NCBI GenBank assembly: GCA_963765765.1 | Contig: CAVXYC010000019.1 | Coordinates: 320,001-384,000 of the forward strand | Reading direction: 5' to 3' | Length of the DNA stretch: 64,000 bases | Origin: an uncultured Chloroflexia bacterium | GTDB lineage: Bacteria; Chloroflexota; UBA6077; JACCZL01 | In this document: positions 29,743-41,091 of the stretch, piece by piece | How positions within the stretch are numbered: the first letter of the stretch is position 1 | Layout of the letters: every line of letters starts with the position of its first letter | Position numbers and translations under genes: made by a program | Notes under the pieces: model-generated | Told to the model about the DNA's origin: nothing | Databases searched by the model: none | The model's input: only the letters and a program-made list of their open reading frames with translations

Positions 29743-31639
29743 ATGTGCGGAATCTGCGGCGTATTTAATTTCGGTCGCTCCGAGCCGGTCACACCTGAGC
29801 TCGTCGAAGCGATGTCAGACACCATGCTTCACCGTGGTCCGGACGACGGCGGACTTTACATGTCGCTGGATCATCGCGTGGGGCTGGGTTTTCGTCGCCT
29901 CAGCATCGTCGACCTTGCCGGCGGCCATCAGCCGATGGCCAACGAGACGGACGATGTCTGGATCGTGTTCAACGGCGAGATCTACAACCACGCCGATCAC
30001 CGCGCGGAGCTGGAGCGACGCGGCCATCCGTACCGAACCCGCTGCGGATACTGAGACGATCGTCCATCTCTACGAAGAGTACGGGGCGGACTGCGTCGAC
30101 CTTCTCCGGGGAATGTTCGCCTTTGCCATCTGGGACGAGCGCCGGCGACGGCTGTTCATGGCACGCGACCGCATCGGTATCAAGCCGCTCTACTACACCG
30201 TGCGCGATGGCGTCTTCCTATTCGCGTCTGAGATCAAGGCGCTGCTATCCCATCCACTGGTTTCGCGTGAGCTTGATCAGGAGGCTCTGCATCACTACCT
30301 GACATTCGCGTCTACGCCGGCTCCCTTCACGCTGTTCAAAGGCATCCAGAAGCTGCCTCCCGGGCACACCATGACTGTTTCGGCGGGCGGAGAAATCTCC
30401 ACGCGGCGTTACTGGGACCCTGCTGCCTTTCGCGGGGATGATCCGCCACGGCCGGAGTGGGAATACGTGGAGCGCCTACGCGAAAAGCTGCGTGAGTCGG
30501 TCAAGCTGCGTATGATGAGCGACGTGCCATTCGGTGTGTTCCTGAGCGGTGGGCTTGATTCCAGCTTGAACGTGGCGCTGATGAGCGAGCTGATGGATCG
30601 CCCGGTGGATACGTTTTCGGTCAGCATCGAGGGTGACGAAGTCAGTGACGAACTTCACTGGGCTCGCCTGGTGGCGAAGGAATTTGGCGCGAATCACCAC
30701 GAGACCACGATTAGCGATCAGACATTCGTCGATTTCTTCCCGAAGATGGTGCACCACCAGGACGAGCCATTAGCTGACCCTGTGTGCGTGCCTATTCACT
30801 ACGTCTCCGAGCTGGCGCGAAAGAACGGTACGATCGTGGTCCAAGTCGGCGAAGGATCTGACGAGCTCTTCTGTGGCTACACGGGCTGGCAACGTTACCT
30901 CTCGTTCTACAGCCGCGCCTGGAAGCCGTTCATTCGGATGCCGGGCCTACTTCGCGGCGCTGCCGCCACGCTCGTTGGACCGGCGCTGTCTCCCACACGA
31001 CGCGATTTTCTGGATCGAGCCGCGCATGACCGTGAGCTGTTCTGGAGCGGCGCGATAGCGTTCTGGGAATCGGAGAAGCGGGACTTGTTGCAGGATCGCG
31101 GAACGGTAACGCTGCCGTGGACTCGTTCGATGTTATCCGTGCGCACCTTGACCGCCTTGACAGCATTTCGCCGGGCAGGATCAGCTTCATCGGATGACGT
31201 TCCTGGAGCTGAATCACCGCCTGCCTGAGCTCCTGCTTATGCGCGTGGACAAGATGTCCATGGCCCAGTCCATCGAAGCCCGGGTGCCCTTTCTCGATCA
31301 CAAGGTTGTTGAGCTGGCGCTGAGTATCCCCTCGTCTCTCAAATACCGTGACGGTGAAACGAAGTACGTGCTCAAGCGCGCGGCGGATGGCATTCTTCCG
31401 CGCGAGATCATCTATCGCCAGAAGGCTGGCTTCTGCGGATCGTCTCGAAACATGCTTTCGCCGCGCCTGCTCGAATTCTCGGAGCAAGTCATTCCAGATT
31501 CATCGATTATCCGAACCACTTCAATCTCCCGGTCGTCCAGATGCTTCTGAGTGATCAGCGTGAAGGGCGGGCGGACAACAGTTTCAAGATCTGGAATCTG
31601 CTCAATCTGGCGCTCTGGCACCAGCATTGGTTCGAGTAG
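29743..31639 (+). CDS. asnB: Asparagine synthase (glutamine-hydrolysing)-like amidotransferase, several frameshifts
   Basis: MCGICG, HRGPDD, FNGEIYN, ARDRIGIKPLYY, LSGGLDSS, GEGSDELF, EARVPFLD. Confidence 0.93.
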
Positions 31640-31729
31640 CTGAGTGCGCGCAGCGCATTAGAGTGCGCGCAAGGATCGCCGCTTCTTGTTCGCGTCGTTC
31701 GCCGATCGCATGGATCAGCCCACCCGCGT

Positions 31730-31855
31730 CCCTGTCATTCTGAGGGACGAGGAATCTCAACGGACTGGATGCGTCTGGTGGCGAGAATAGCGACTCGTTC
31801 TCCGTTGAGTGCCTGCCGATTTCCGTCAGATGCTTCGTCCCTCAGAATGACAGGG
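31730..31855. repeat. Palindromic element (gtcattctgag...ctcagaatgac family)
   Basis: ccctgtcattctgagggacgaggaatct ... agatgcttcgtccctcagaatgacaggg, with inner IR ctcaacgga/tccgttgag. Confidence 0.8.
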
Positions 31856-31988
31856 AGACGGATAGTCAGACAAAGTTACTGGTGACGAATCCGGGCGGAA
31901 TGCGGCGATGCTCACCGGGTGGCTGGGGTGTCTGATTACGTTAAGGACGAGCCGGAATTCATCACGGTTGCAGCGTGACATTTGCCAC

Positions 31989-34406
31989 TTACGCGCCGGT
32001 TGGCTCCGGGGCGGCCTGAGGTGTCTGCAGATGGCTTCGGTCGAATGGAGCCGCCGCGTGAGCGGACTTCCTACGAGCGATCAGCTGAAACAGAGCCACA
32101 ACACCGCCGTGACGGCTGACACGGCCGATCCGACATAGAGGCTGGACGGGATGTAGCGTAACTCCACCCGATGTGCCCGGGTCCAATGCAAGGCCGTACA
32201 GCGCGAGATTGGACCTGACCAGCGTCCAGGTTGTCCGTCCACCCAGGCTTCGCGTTCGGGAAGTAGGCTTCTGAGATCACGAGAGAAAACCGGGCTCGAT
32301 GAGCCCACGTCCAGCGTCAACTCGCCCCTCGGCGTGTCACGCTTCACCACTCGAGTTCAGGGCCTTCATCGCAGGCGCCATTTAGTCTGGGAAGGTCGGC
32401 CACGCCACGATCACTCGTCACAACAACAGCCTGTCGCGATGGATCGAACTTGCTGTCCCGCATGGACCGTGCGGCGCGTGAATCCGTAGTGACACGCTCC
32501 ACGTCGCATACCAGAACGGCTCGCGGAAGCGCGCTAGGGTTCTAATAAATCTTCCAGATGCGTGTTGATTGAGCGACAGGAAAGCGGGCATCCAGATCTG
32601 TGCAGCTATGGATATGCGTCACGTTCAGCGCGTTCAGCAGGGTCAGCCGTTTGGGGATTCCGGCGGTGCCGATCTTTGGAAACCCGGATGGGTCCGCCGA
32701 TGCCTTCACCATGCACCAACGAAGCATAGTCCGCGTATTTGCGTAAGAAGGCCGAGTTGTATCCATCTACGGTAGGGATCTGGAGTCCGATCATCGAGTT
32801 CGGCGTAATCGACTGTTGACAGAGCTGACAGCACTCGGCCGGCATGGAGTGGCTCGAACGCCTGTACGGCTTCCGGGTCCTTCCAGGACCGCTGATGGTC
32901 AGAAACTGACCGGCGAAAGCCGGATACGTCCAGTGCGACAGGCCTCCAGCAATCAACAGCGCTGGAGCAGCCCGACGGGTGACCAGCCAATAACAAGCAA
33001 CGCTAGTAGGCCGAATCCCTGCAGCGTGAGTAGGCTGACGTTCAACCCGCCCAGGAGCGGCCTTGCAGCCAGGTCCTCAGCAACACGGACGCTGGCTGGA
33101 GCGCAACGAGCGCCAGGACGAACGCGGCAACTGCCACGCTGTAAGCGACCGCGCCTATCGAGGCAGTTTTTCCCCTCCTGACTCGCCGGGCGAGCGCATC
33201 GAGTCCCAGCGCTCCAAGCACGGCCACGGCCAAGGCAAAGACGGCTAGAAGACGTGACGGAATCCTGAAGCCTGGGAGAAGCAAGTAATGGATTCGGTAG
33301 ACAGGAAGATCTTCTCCGAATGCAAATGCGAGTGAACCAATCGCCACGATGCTGAAAAGCAACACATAGCGACGATTCCGCGCGAGGAACGCGAATGGGG
33401 CAGCCGCAACGAGCAAGAAGCCCACGTACGAGCATTTCTCCCAGAATGCGCCGGGAAGTCCGTCCTGGAACTGTTTGCGGAAGTCCCCAAACGAATTCGG
33501 GAACAGAATGGTCCAGAGATGGGACAAGGACAGGGAGCCCTTGGTTGATTGATCGAACGAGATCCCGCCACCACGTCCCGCTTCCTGCATCAAACGGAGC
33601 ATGGCAGAGCCTGGAATCCGCTCAGCCCAACAAAGAGGATGGCCAGCACGATAAGCTGACCAACTGGCTTATGCCTTGTGAAGCGAGCCGATGACGGGCC
33701 AACCGGCCAGGCCGCCTGAAAACCGGCAATGAGTGCAATCAGCCCTAGCGCGTAGACCGATGGCTGACTAGCTCCAGCGAGAAATTGCACTATCAACGCG
33801 ATAACCAGGCCGGGATGTGGCAGGAGCCGGCCTGACTCGATGGAACGGAGGGCCAAAGTGGTGACCTGCTGGCATCCAGCAGAACCCATAAATCAGTAGC
33901 AGATGTCCACCAAAGACGCGCGGCATGGACACACCGCCAAGCATGACGCCTATCCTGCACGAGCGCCGCCAGACGGCTGGAGCCGACCTGACGGCACAGC
34001 GCGTAGGTGCCGCGCCGAGCAGCACCAGGTGCATGGCGAGGCTCCACATAAAGAACGCGCCGAGCTCTAAAGGAAGGGGCCGAAGCAGCCAATTAGGCGG
34101 ATAGAAGACTCCCGCCTGGATATCGGCCTGGGCTGGAAATCCGCTGAACACATATGGGTTCCAGAGCGGGAGCTGCCCCTGAGCAAAAGCTTGTCGGTTG
34201 AACGCTTCCCAATTGAACGGCTGATCCATGTCATGCCCGATGACCAATCTGCCCGTGGTCAACGGATCGCGCAAGACGTAGCCCACGAGCGCGACCAAAC
34301 AGAGCACTGCCAGCGCGTCTTGAGAGGAGAGTCGCCGGCGCTCCCTCGCCCCCTGGGAGAGGGTTGGGGTGAGGGGCTCACGGATGGTTCCGAGGGGATC
34401 GGTCAC
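31989..34406 (-). CDS. YfhO-family GT-C membrane glycosyltransferase, many frameshifts
   Basis: GQLPLWNPYVFSGFPAQADIQAGVFYPPN, GFRIPSR, IPTVDGYN, SEAYFP, HRVELRYIPSSLYVG. Confidence 0.75.
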
Positions 34407-34435
34407 CCCACCCGCCCTCTCCCAGGGGGCGAGGG
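34343..34435. repeat. CCCTCTCCC-type palindromic repeat overlapping the start of the YfhO-like gene
   Basis: ccctcgccccctgggagagggttggggtgagggg ... cccacccgccctctcccagggggcgaggg. Confidence 0.8.
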
Positions 34436-34464
34436 GGCCCAGACGGTGCGTCTCGATCTGCGCC

Positions 34465-37400
34465 TCAGAACATGATGAGCAACCAGACAACCAGGATTAC
34501 GGCAGAAACTACACTGCCGATCACGAGTGACTGAGGCTCAAACGAAAGCTCGATTTGATGCTGGCCTTGCGGAACCGAGACGGCCGTGAACACGATGTTG
34601 GCTCGGAGCGCCTCATCGGGCTGGCCCAACCAGGGCCTTACGCTCGCGGTAAAACGCGTCGTTGATCACCAAGAGGCCATCTCCCGTCGCGGAAACGTCC
34701 ATGGCGAGATATCCATCGGAGCGATCGGTCGCTCAAGTCACCACGCTCGTAGATCCGCCACACATCTCTAATGGAGGGAGAAACGGTCGCTTGAATAACG
34801 GCTTTCTTTCTGAAATCAAAATTCTTCTCGGTGATGATCTGCGCAGTCTCGGCGTTCGAGCGGACTTTCACGCGTCGGACACCCAGAGCGCGTGGAAGTG
34901 CAACAGGACTTCGATAGAGCTGCCAGTCTCGGACGCATACAGACGCTCGAACGGAGCACCAGGATCATCGCACGCCTACTTGTTGGCCGTTTCATTCCCT
35001 GCGAGTAGCTGGATCTGACCGTCGTCGCACGCCGCCCGGGTGGCGAGGAGAGGGCCAGCATGTCCGTGGTCCCGGCGGCAGCGCCCACCGATCGTAGTGG
35101 CTCAGTGTTGCGCGCGAGGTGGGTTGGCCAGTCGGGATCTTGAAGATGTTTGCCGCGTCGCGCTGCCTATCCAGAAGAGCAAATTCGTTTCGGCCATCGC
35201 CGTCGAAGTCGCCGACCGCGAACGAAATGCGGTACGTCGGACTCCCGGGCGGCGGACGGAAGTATTGCGGTCCAATAGGCTCGAGTTGGGCGGTCTGGCC
35301 CGACATCCGAACACGCGCTAGACGAATAGTGAAGGTGTCTCCATGCCGATAGAGCAGTGCCACGCTCCCTGATGGATACGTCAGGTCGGGCGGAACGGGT
35401 GCCATCGCGGTCACTTCCGAACCTTCCATGGAGTCCATCGTGCCACTCGCCAGGAGAGGACTCTCGTCGGCTCCGACCCGGTACAGGCCCAATTGAGCCT
35501 TATCTCCTCGTCCACGCTTCATGATGGCCAATTCATCCACGCCATCGCCGTCGACATCGACTGGCGCCATTCCGTGCCGAACTACCTCCTGGCGAATTTC
35601 CACGGGGGTCGAATCGACTCGCACGCGCTCGGGAGGAGTCTCGCTAACTAGACGATAGGCCGCCATCTCGGGTCGGTCGTCGAAGAGAACGACGACGAGG
35701 TACGGGGTCGGGTCGTCTCGGAAGAACCGGCCGACGGCAGCGGCGACCGGAGGTTCCGGTAGTCGCGGCGCCGATGCCCCCCGATCGACATTGGCATTCT
35801 GAGCGCGGGGCTCGATCCCGCGGCCGAGGACGGCACCTTTGTCGACCTCGGCAAGAGCCAGAAGATCGGGCGAGGCGAACTCCGGGCCACGCTCCTCGCA
35901 CGACGGTCCCATTGCATACACCTGAACGGTGGGGCCAGGGCGATCCCTGTCAGGCAAGTTCCAAAACGGACCATAGACTTCGTCAGGATCCCAGGGCAGG
36001 TCGCCATTGCGACCAGCGCTGAATTGAGTGAGCAGCTTTCCTCGCTCGCGCAAAAGCCGCAGGTTCGGCTCCAACTGATCGGGCACGTCGTTTACGCTGA
36101 GGTCGAAGCTGCTAATTGCAACCACATCTCCACACCCGTGACCCGTCAGCTCGTCAGCGATGCCATCAAGCGAGATGTGGGAGATGGGGACGCGGCCATC
36201 GAGATCCGCCCGCAAGCGGTTGATTTCCGCGCTGACAGTCCCGGGGAGGGCGTGGGCGGTTGCTCGGACGTGGCTGGAGGGCGGCAGCGTGCTCTGGATC
36301 CAATCATGCGCGACGACTCGGGTATCCGGCTGCACAAGCAGCCAACTGGATAGTGACAGGTTTGCCGCGGGTTGGGCGAGAGCCACCACCAGTAGCGCTG
36401 TGGCGGCCTTTGTCTGCCAGGCAACCGGTAGGAAGCGCGGAAACGCGTACAGTCCATATCCAGCGCAGGTGGCAAGGAACGGCATTAACGGAATAGCGAA
36501 ACGCACCCAGAATCGTTCCTGAACCATCACGAGAAGTACGTAAGCCGCGAAGGAGCTACCGAGCAGCGCTGTCTCCAACGGACGTCGGCGAATGAGCAGG
36601 CAGAGGCCCCCGCACGCGAGGAGTAGTGGCACGGGGCCGAAGCCCTGCGCCAGCGACGTCAGGTACAGTCGCGTGACCGGGACATCGGCCTGGCCCCGTT
36701 ACTGGGCCGAGACCGGCCTTGGACATATGGCCCCGCAGGGACAACACTGCATCTCGAAATCGGGGCCAGGTCGATAGGCTTTCAATAAGGCCGCTCTGGA
36801 CGCGGAGAATCTCCGCTGTAAGGGAGCTCTGACCGAAGACAGATTGGGGACTCAGGATTACGAATGCCCCAGCGACAGCGACCGACATAACTGCAAGGAC
36901 AACCAAAGCCGTTCGGTACAACTCAAGCCGGCGCAGTCGTCGCTGACGGAGGACGAGAGCGACAATGGGCACAATTGCGACCACAGACACGGCATCGCGA
37001 GTGGCGGCAGCCGCTGCGGCGCACACGCAACAAGCCAACAACCGCCACAGACCGCCGCGCAAGAAAAATCGCGCGGAAGCATAAACGGCGAGCGAGGCGA
37101 AGAACATGGCCGGTACCGTGCTGAGGGCGTAATGAGACTCTCGCACATGGGCGAAGCTCGCACTGAGTAGCAGCGCACTCAATAGTCCGACCGGCGTACC
37201 GAGCAGATCTCGAACAGTCAGCAGCAAGACCAGGACAGTTGCCGCTCCCAGAATGGCCGATGTAACCCGGCCGACAGCATACGCGCGCGCGAGCGTGGGA
37301 TGGCTCTCGGGACGATCCCCTTGTAGGATCGTTTCGGCGGACTCAAGCGGTCCGCCCAGGAGCCCTAGGCGGTCGAGCGCCAGGTACTCCACGGTGAGAA

Positions 37401-37671
37401 GATGGCGGAATAGCGGTGGCTGATTGGTGTATTGGGAGCTGAAGTCCAGTTCAGCAGCAGAAGTAAGACCGTACTCGACGTAGTTGACCTCGTCTGGGTG
37501 CAGCCGCCAGGGTAATTGCCAGGTTATGCCCCAAAGCCGCAGCCCTAGTGCCAGCCCGACTACGAGCAGGAGCATCCAGGTATGCCCAACGGCAGTTCGA
37601 CTCGTGGAGCCAGGAGCGTCAGAGCGCGTCAGCGTCGCCGGGGGGCCCGCTCGTAGAGCGGAAGTCATCAA
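34465..37671 (-). CDS. GT39/ArnT-like (GT-C) membrane glycosyltransferase with FG-GAP/VCBS-like repeats and YfhO-like C-terminus, frameshifted
   Basis: LRLWGITWQLP..LHPDE, PPLF, GRVTSAILG, DTRVVAHDWI, DVDGDGVDEL, GDFDGDGRNEF, C-terminal TM. Confidence 0.65.
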
Positions 37672-38666
37672 CGAGTCAGTAGCATGGTAAGAAGTTTGCA
37701 GGTGGAAGTGGGCTCAAGTGCCGAGCGTCCGCTCAGTCAAGGCTTGGCGGCCACTACTTCGAGAGTTGATGATACCCAAGTTTGCAGCGCGGCAACCATC
37801 CGCCACTGCGGCTTCAAGGCGTCCCTAATTTGAGTTAGATGGTCGTCAAAGCGTCAGTGGGGGATTGTGATCATCGTTGCCCCGAGGTACTTGCATGGAG
37901 CCCAGAATCACCGGGTAGAAGCCTGGACGGCGGACGACGACGATCAAGTCTGGGCTCGGTCCTCCTCGTCCCACGGTGCGGATCTCTGAGTAACTTCTGT
38001 GACCTCAAGTATCGCAGCCGACGAGGCGGGGGTGGGTGGGGGAGAGCTCCGCAAGCAGACGTCCGGTGCCGGCTCGACCGAGGGCGAGCCATACCTGGTG
38101 CGGAGTTCGCGTGGTGCCACCAGCGGTGGAATCGACTCGTCGCCCTCGGGAACTGTTCGCCGTCTGAGCCCATGTACATTTCGTAGTGCTCTCCAGCCGC
38201 GATTAAGCGCCTCGAAGGTGCAGCGGGTGAGTGAGTGAGGGAGACCGGAGCTACTCCCTCGGGGGATCGCCCGACTCATGCCTGATACTGTAGGATCAAA
38301 CGAAAAGAGATTTTGAATCGACGGGTTCGGCAGCCGAGTTCTGTACTCCCCGCGCTGATGAAACTTAACGGCCCGATCGGATCGAGCTCCAATTAAATTC
38401 GACGAGCAGATGGCCGCATACTAAGTGGTGCGGGGAGATGCAGTATTTGCTCGAGGCCTCTGCAATCGTCTGAAACCTACTGTGAACTCTGCAGCGATTG
38501 ACCCGATGCGCGGTGGTCAGAGCACTATCTCAACATTAGACGTCGGGGCAACTCGAACCGAAGGCTGACCCTAGTGCTCGGAGAGATGCAGGTGGCGCAT
38601 ACGTAGTTCCGCGCCCGGAAACAGTTCGTGCTGGCGTAAGAGTTTGCGCTTCACTTCCTCAGGATC

Positions 38667-40829
38667 ATGACCTCAGCTGCTCTGCCGTTGATACACGAAG
38701 CTCCCTCTTTCAGCCAGAAGGTCTGGCTTACGATAGCTGTAGTGGCCCTCGTGGGTCTCTTGACAGCCCCACTACCAACGGCCTGGATCGGGCTGGCAGC
38801 TCTCGCGGCTATTCTGCTTGGTCGGGGCCGTGCACTGGTCGGGGCGGGTGCCGGGCTGCCCTATTGGCTCTCAATAGCCCCGTACATCGCGGGCGCGCTG
38901 GTAGGGTATGCAATATCAATCCGTCCTGGCGCCGCCGAAATCCGCCTGTTCGGCATCCTGGCTGGCGTCGCGGCGTCCACGCTGGTTTTTCTGGCCGCGA
39001 CGTCACCGGACGGCGCCAGGCGAGTCGCCGGTGTCATGCTTGGTATCACTATTGTCGCCACGCCGATCATGTTCTTAGTGGTAACACCATTCCTCCTTCC
39101 GCTCGATCGCTTGCCCAGCGGCTTGATCGGATGGGCTGGTGTTTTAGAGCCGATTCGTCAGCTCATTTTGGATCAGGATGACGTACTGCAGCGGTATCGA
39201 CTCCGCGCTTCGGGCCTGGGCACGCTTTCGGCATTCGGCGTCGGACTGACGCTGGGGCCGTTAATGACTGCGCAAACGCGCAAGACTCGCGTGCTGGCCA
39301 GCCTGGTGTTGCTCTACTTCGGCGTGTTTCTCTTGTTGGCAGGAAACCGCGGGGCAATGCTGAGTGCGGCTGTGGCAACGGTGCTCCTCTTTGCCGGACG
39401 CATGCGCTGGCTTCTCGCTGGTGGGGTAGCCACCGCTCTGGGCGTGCTGCTTATCATGAGCGGACTAGCACTTGCTGGTAGTGGGCCGGGTGATCACGTC
39501 CTAGGTGTGCTTTCCAGTCCCATTACCGACCTCGGCTCCATACAGCGGCGCGTGGAGTTCTGGGATAACTTGTTTTTCCTTCTGGGCGATTTTCGCTTTA
39601 CGGGCGTGGGCCTAGGCGTTCGTTCGGTCCAGGAGATCTATGAGACGTATTTCATCCCCATCGATCCGCGCTTCAGCCACTCCCACAATATCTTTCTCCA
39701 AACGTATCTGGAGCAAGGTCCGCTCGGCTTCATCGGCCTCGTCGGACTCGTGCTGATTGGCTTGGTGTCAGCGTGGCGAACGCTTGCTCGCATCAATCGC
39801 CCGGATTCCAGATCAGCCATCGTGTCGGCCTCCGGGGCCCTGCTCGTGCTTCTTGTGGCTGGACTCACCGAGATTGTCGCGCTCACGGCTATCGGTATGG
39901 TTATGCTTTTCTCTGCTCTGGCGCTTCTCGTGGTCGGTGCTCGTCTCGAGTTCGAAACCAAAACGACACTATCGAGTTCGGTATCATCCCGACCTTCAGT
40001 GGCCAAGGTGATCGCCGTCGTCGGCGTAGGCCTCATTTGTGTCGTGTTCACTTTGCCGCTATTCGTGCGCGCTCAGCCACCGTCCACGGCATCTTCCTCA
40101 GAAGTGCGGGTGAGTTTCGTGGACCGACTTCTCGCTGCAGTTAATCTCAATCAAGGCGCCGTTGAGGTCACCAAGGCGAGCATTGGTGTGGATAGGCCGC
40201 GAGCGGAGCGCGACGAACGACTGGCGGACGCGGAACAATTACTCCTCTATGCGATGGAACGAGATCCTTCCAACCTCGCCGTGTACCGCAATCTTGCCGT
40301 GGTCCACGCGGTCCAATCGCAACGCTCGGCCGCTCGTCGACTACTCAACGATGCTCAGTCGCTGACTGATCCTGATGACAAACGTACGACGTTTCAACTC
40401 GGGCGCCTGTACCGCGATAACGGCGATGTCTCGAGAGCGATCGATGCGTGGACTCGTGCTGGGGCAACTCGACAACTAATCTCCTGGGGGGCCACCGCGC
40501 TTCGACGAAGCCAATGGCGAACGGCGATAGATGTGAACGTCGCAACAATTCACGTGGCGCCATCGGAGCGCTTGCCGTGGCACGGCCTGGCAGTTGCGGT
40601 CGAGCAGACGGACGGCCAGTACGTTGCCGCGGCCACTATGGAACAGCTGGCTGCTCAATATCCAAGCGTGCCTTGGCCGTATCTCGAAATTGGAGACCTC
40701 TCCAGGGATCATGGGAAGCCAGCGCAAGCGCAGGAGTGGTATCGGCGAGCCGCCGTGGTCGCGCCCGAGGAGCCCGCCATTCAAGATCGACTGGCGGACA
40801 TCGGGCAGACGGTCCAGGCGGATCAGTGA
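38667..40829 (+). CDS. O-antigen ligase/polymerase-like (Wzy_C) membrane protein with C-terminal TPR region
   Basis: NRGAML, RRVEFW...FTGVGLG...HSHNIFLQTYLEQGPLG; TPR-like helices. Confidence 0.85.
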   Translation: MTSAALPLIHEAPSFSQKVWLTIAVVALVGLLTAPLPTAWIGLAALAAILLGRGRALVGAGAGLPYWLSIAPYIAGALVGYAISIRPGAAEIRLFGILAGVAASTLVFLAATSPDGARRVAGVMLGITIVATPIMFLVVTPFLLPLDRLPSGLIGWAGVLEPIRQLILDQDDVLQRYRLRASGLGTLSAFGVGLTLGPLMTAQTRKTRVLASLVLLYFGVFLLLAGNRGAMLSAAVATVLLFAGRMRWLLAGGVATALGVLLIMSGLALAGSGPGDHVLGVLSSPITDLGSIQRRVEFWDNLFFLLGDFRFTGVGLGVRSVQEIYETYFIPIDPRFSHSHNIFLQTYLEQGPLGFIGLVGLVLIGLVSAWRTLARINRPDSRSAIVSASGALLVLLVAGLTEIVALTAIGMVMLFSALALLVVGARLEFETKTTLSSSVSSRPSVAKVIAVVGVGLICVVFTLPLFVRAQPPSTASSSEVRVSFVDRLLAAVNLNQGAVEVTKASIGVDRPRAERDERLADAEQLLLYAMERDPSNLAVYRNLAVVHAVQSQRSAARRLLNDAQSLTDPDDKRTTFQLGRLYRDNGDVSRAIDAWTRAGATRQLISWGATALRRSQWRTAIDVNVATIHVAPSERLPWHGLAVAVEQTDGQYVAAATMEQLAAQYPSVPWPYLEIGDLSRDHGKPAQAQEWYRRAAVVAPEEPAIQDRLADIGQTVQADQ

Positions 40830-41091
40830 CGACCCTCAAGCACTCCGGTGCCGCTTGCACCTTGCGGGACCGCTGTGCCGCGGAGGGCCTTCGTGAAACT
40901 CCAGCAGCACAATGGGCCGGAAGGCTAACAGACCCGGCCAGGCGGGGCAGGAACCTGTTCGCTCTGAGGTCGCGGAAGCGTGGGCCAGTGCAGGTCTCAG
41001 GGTTCGAACGACCGTGGCAATCGGTGAATCGCCAGCCAGTCACGCGGCCCGGAGCATCGACGAACGCCATTGACAAGAACCCCAGTCTCGC

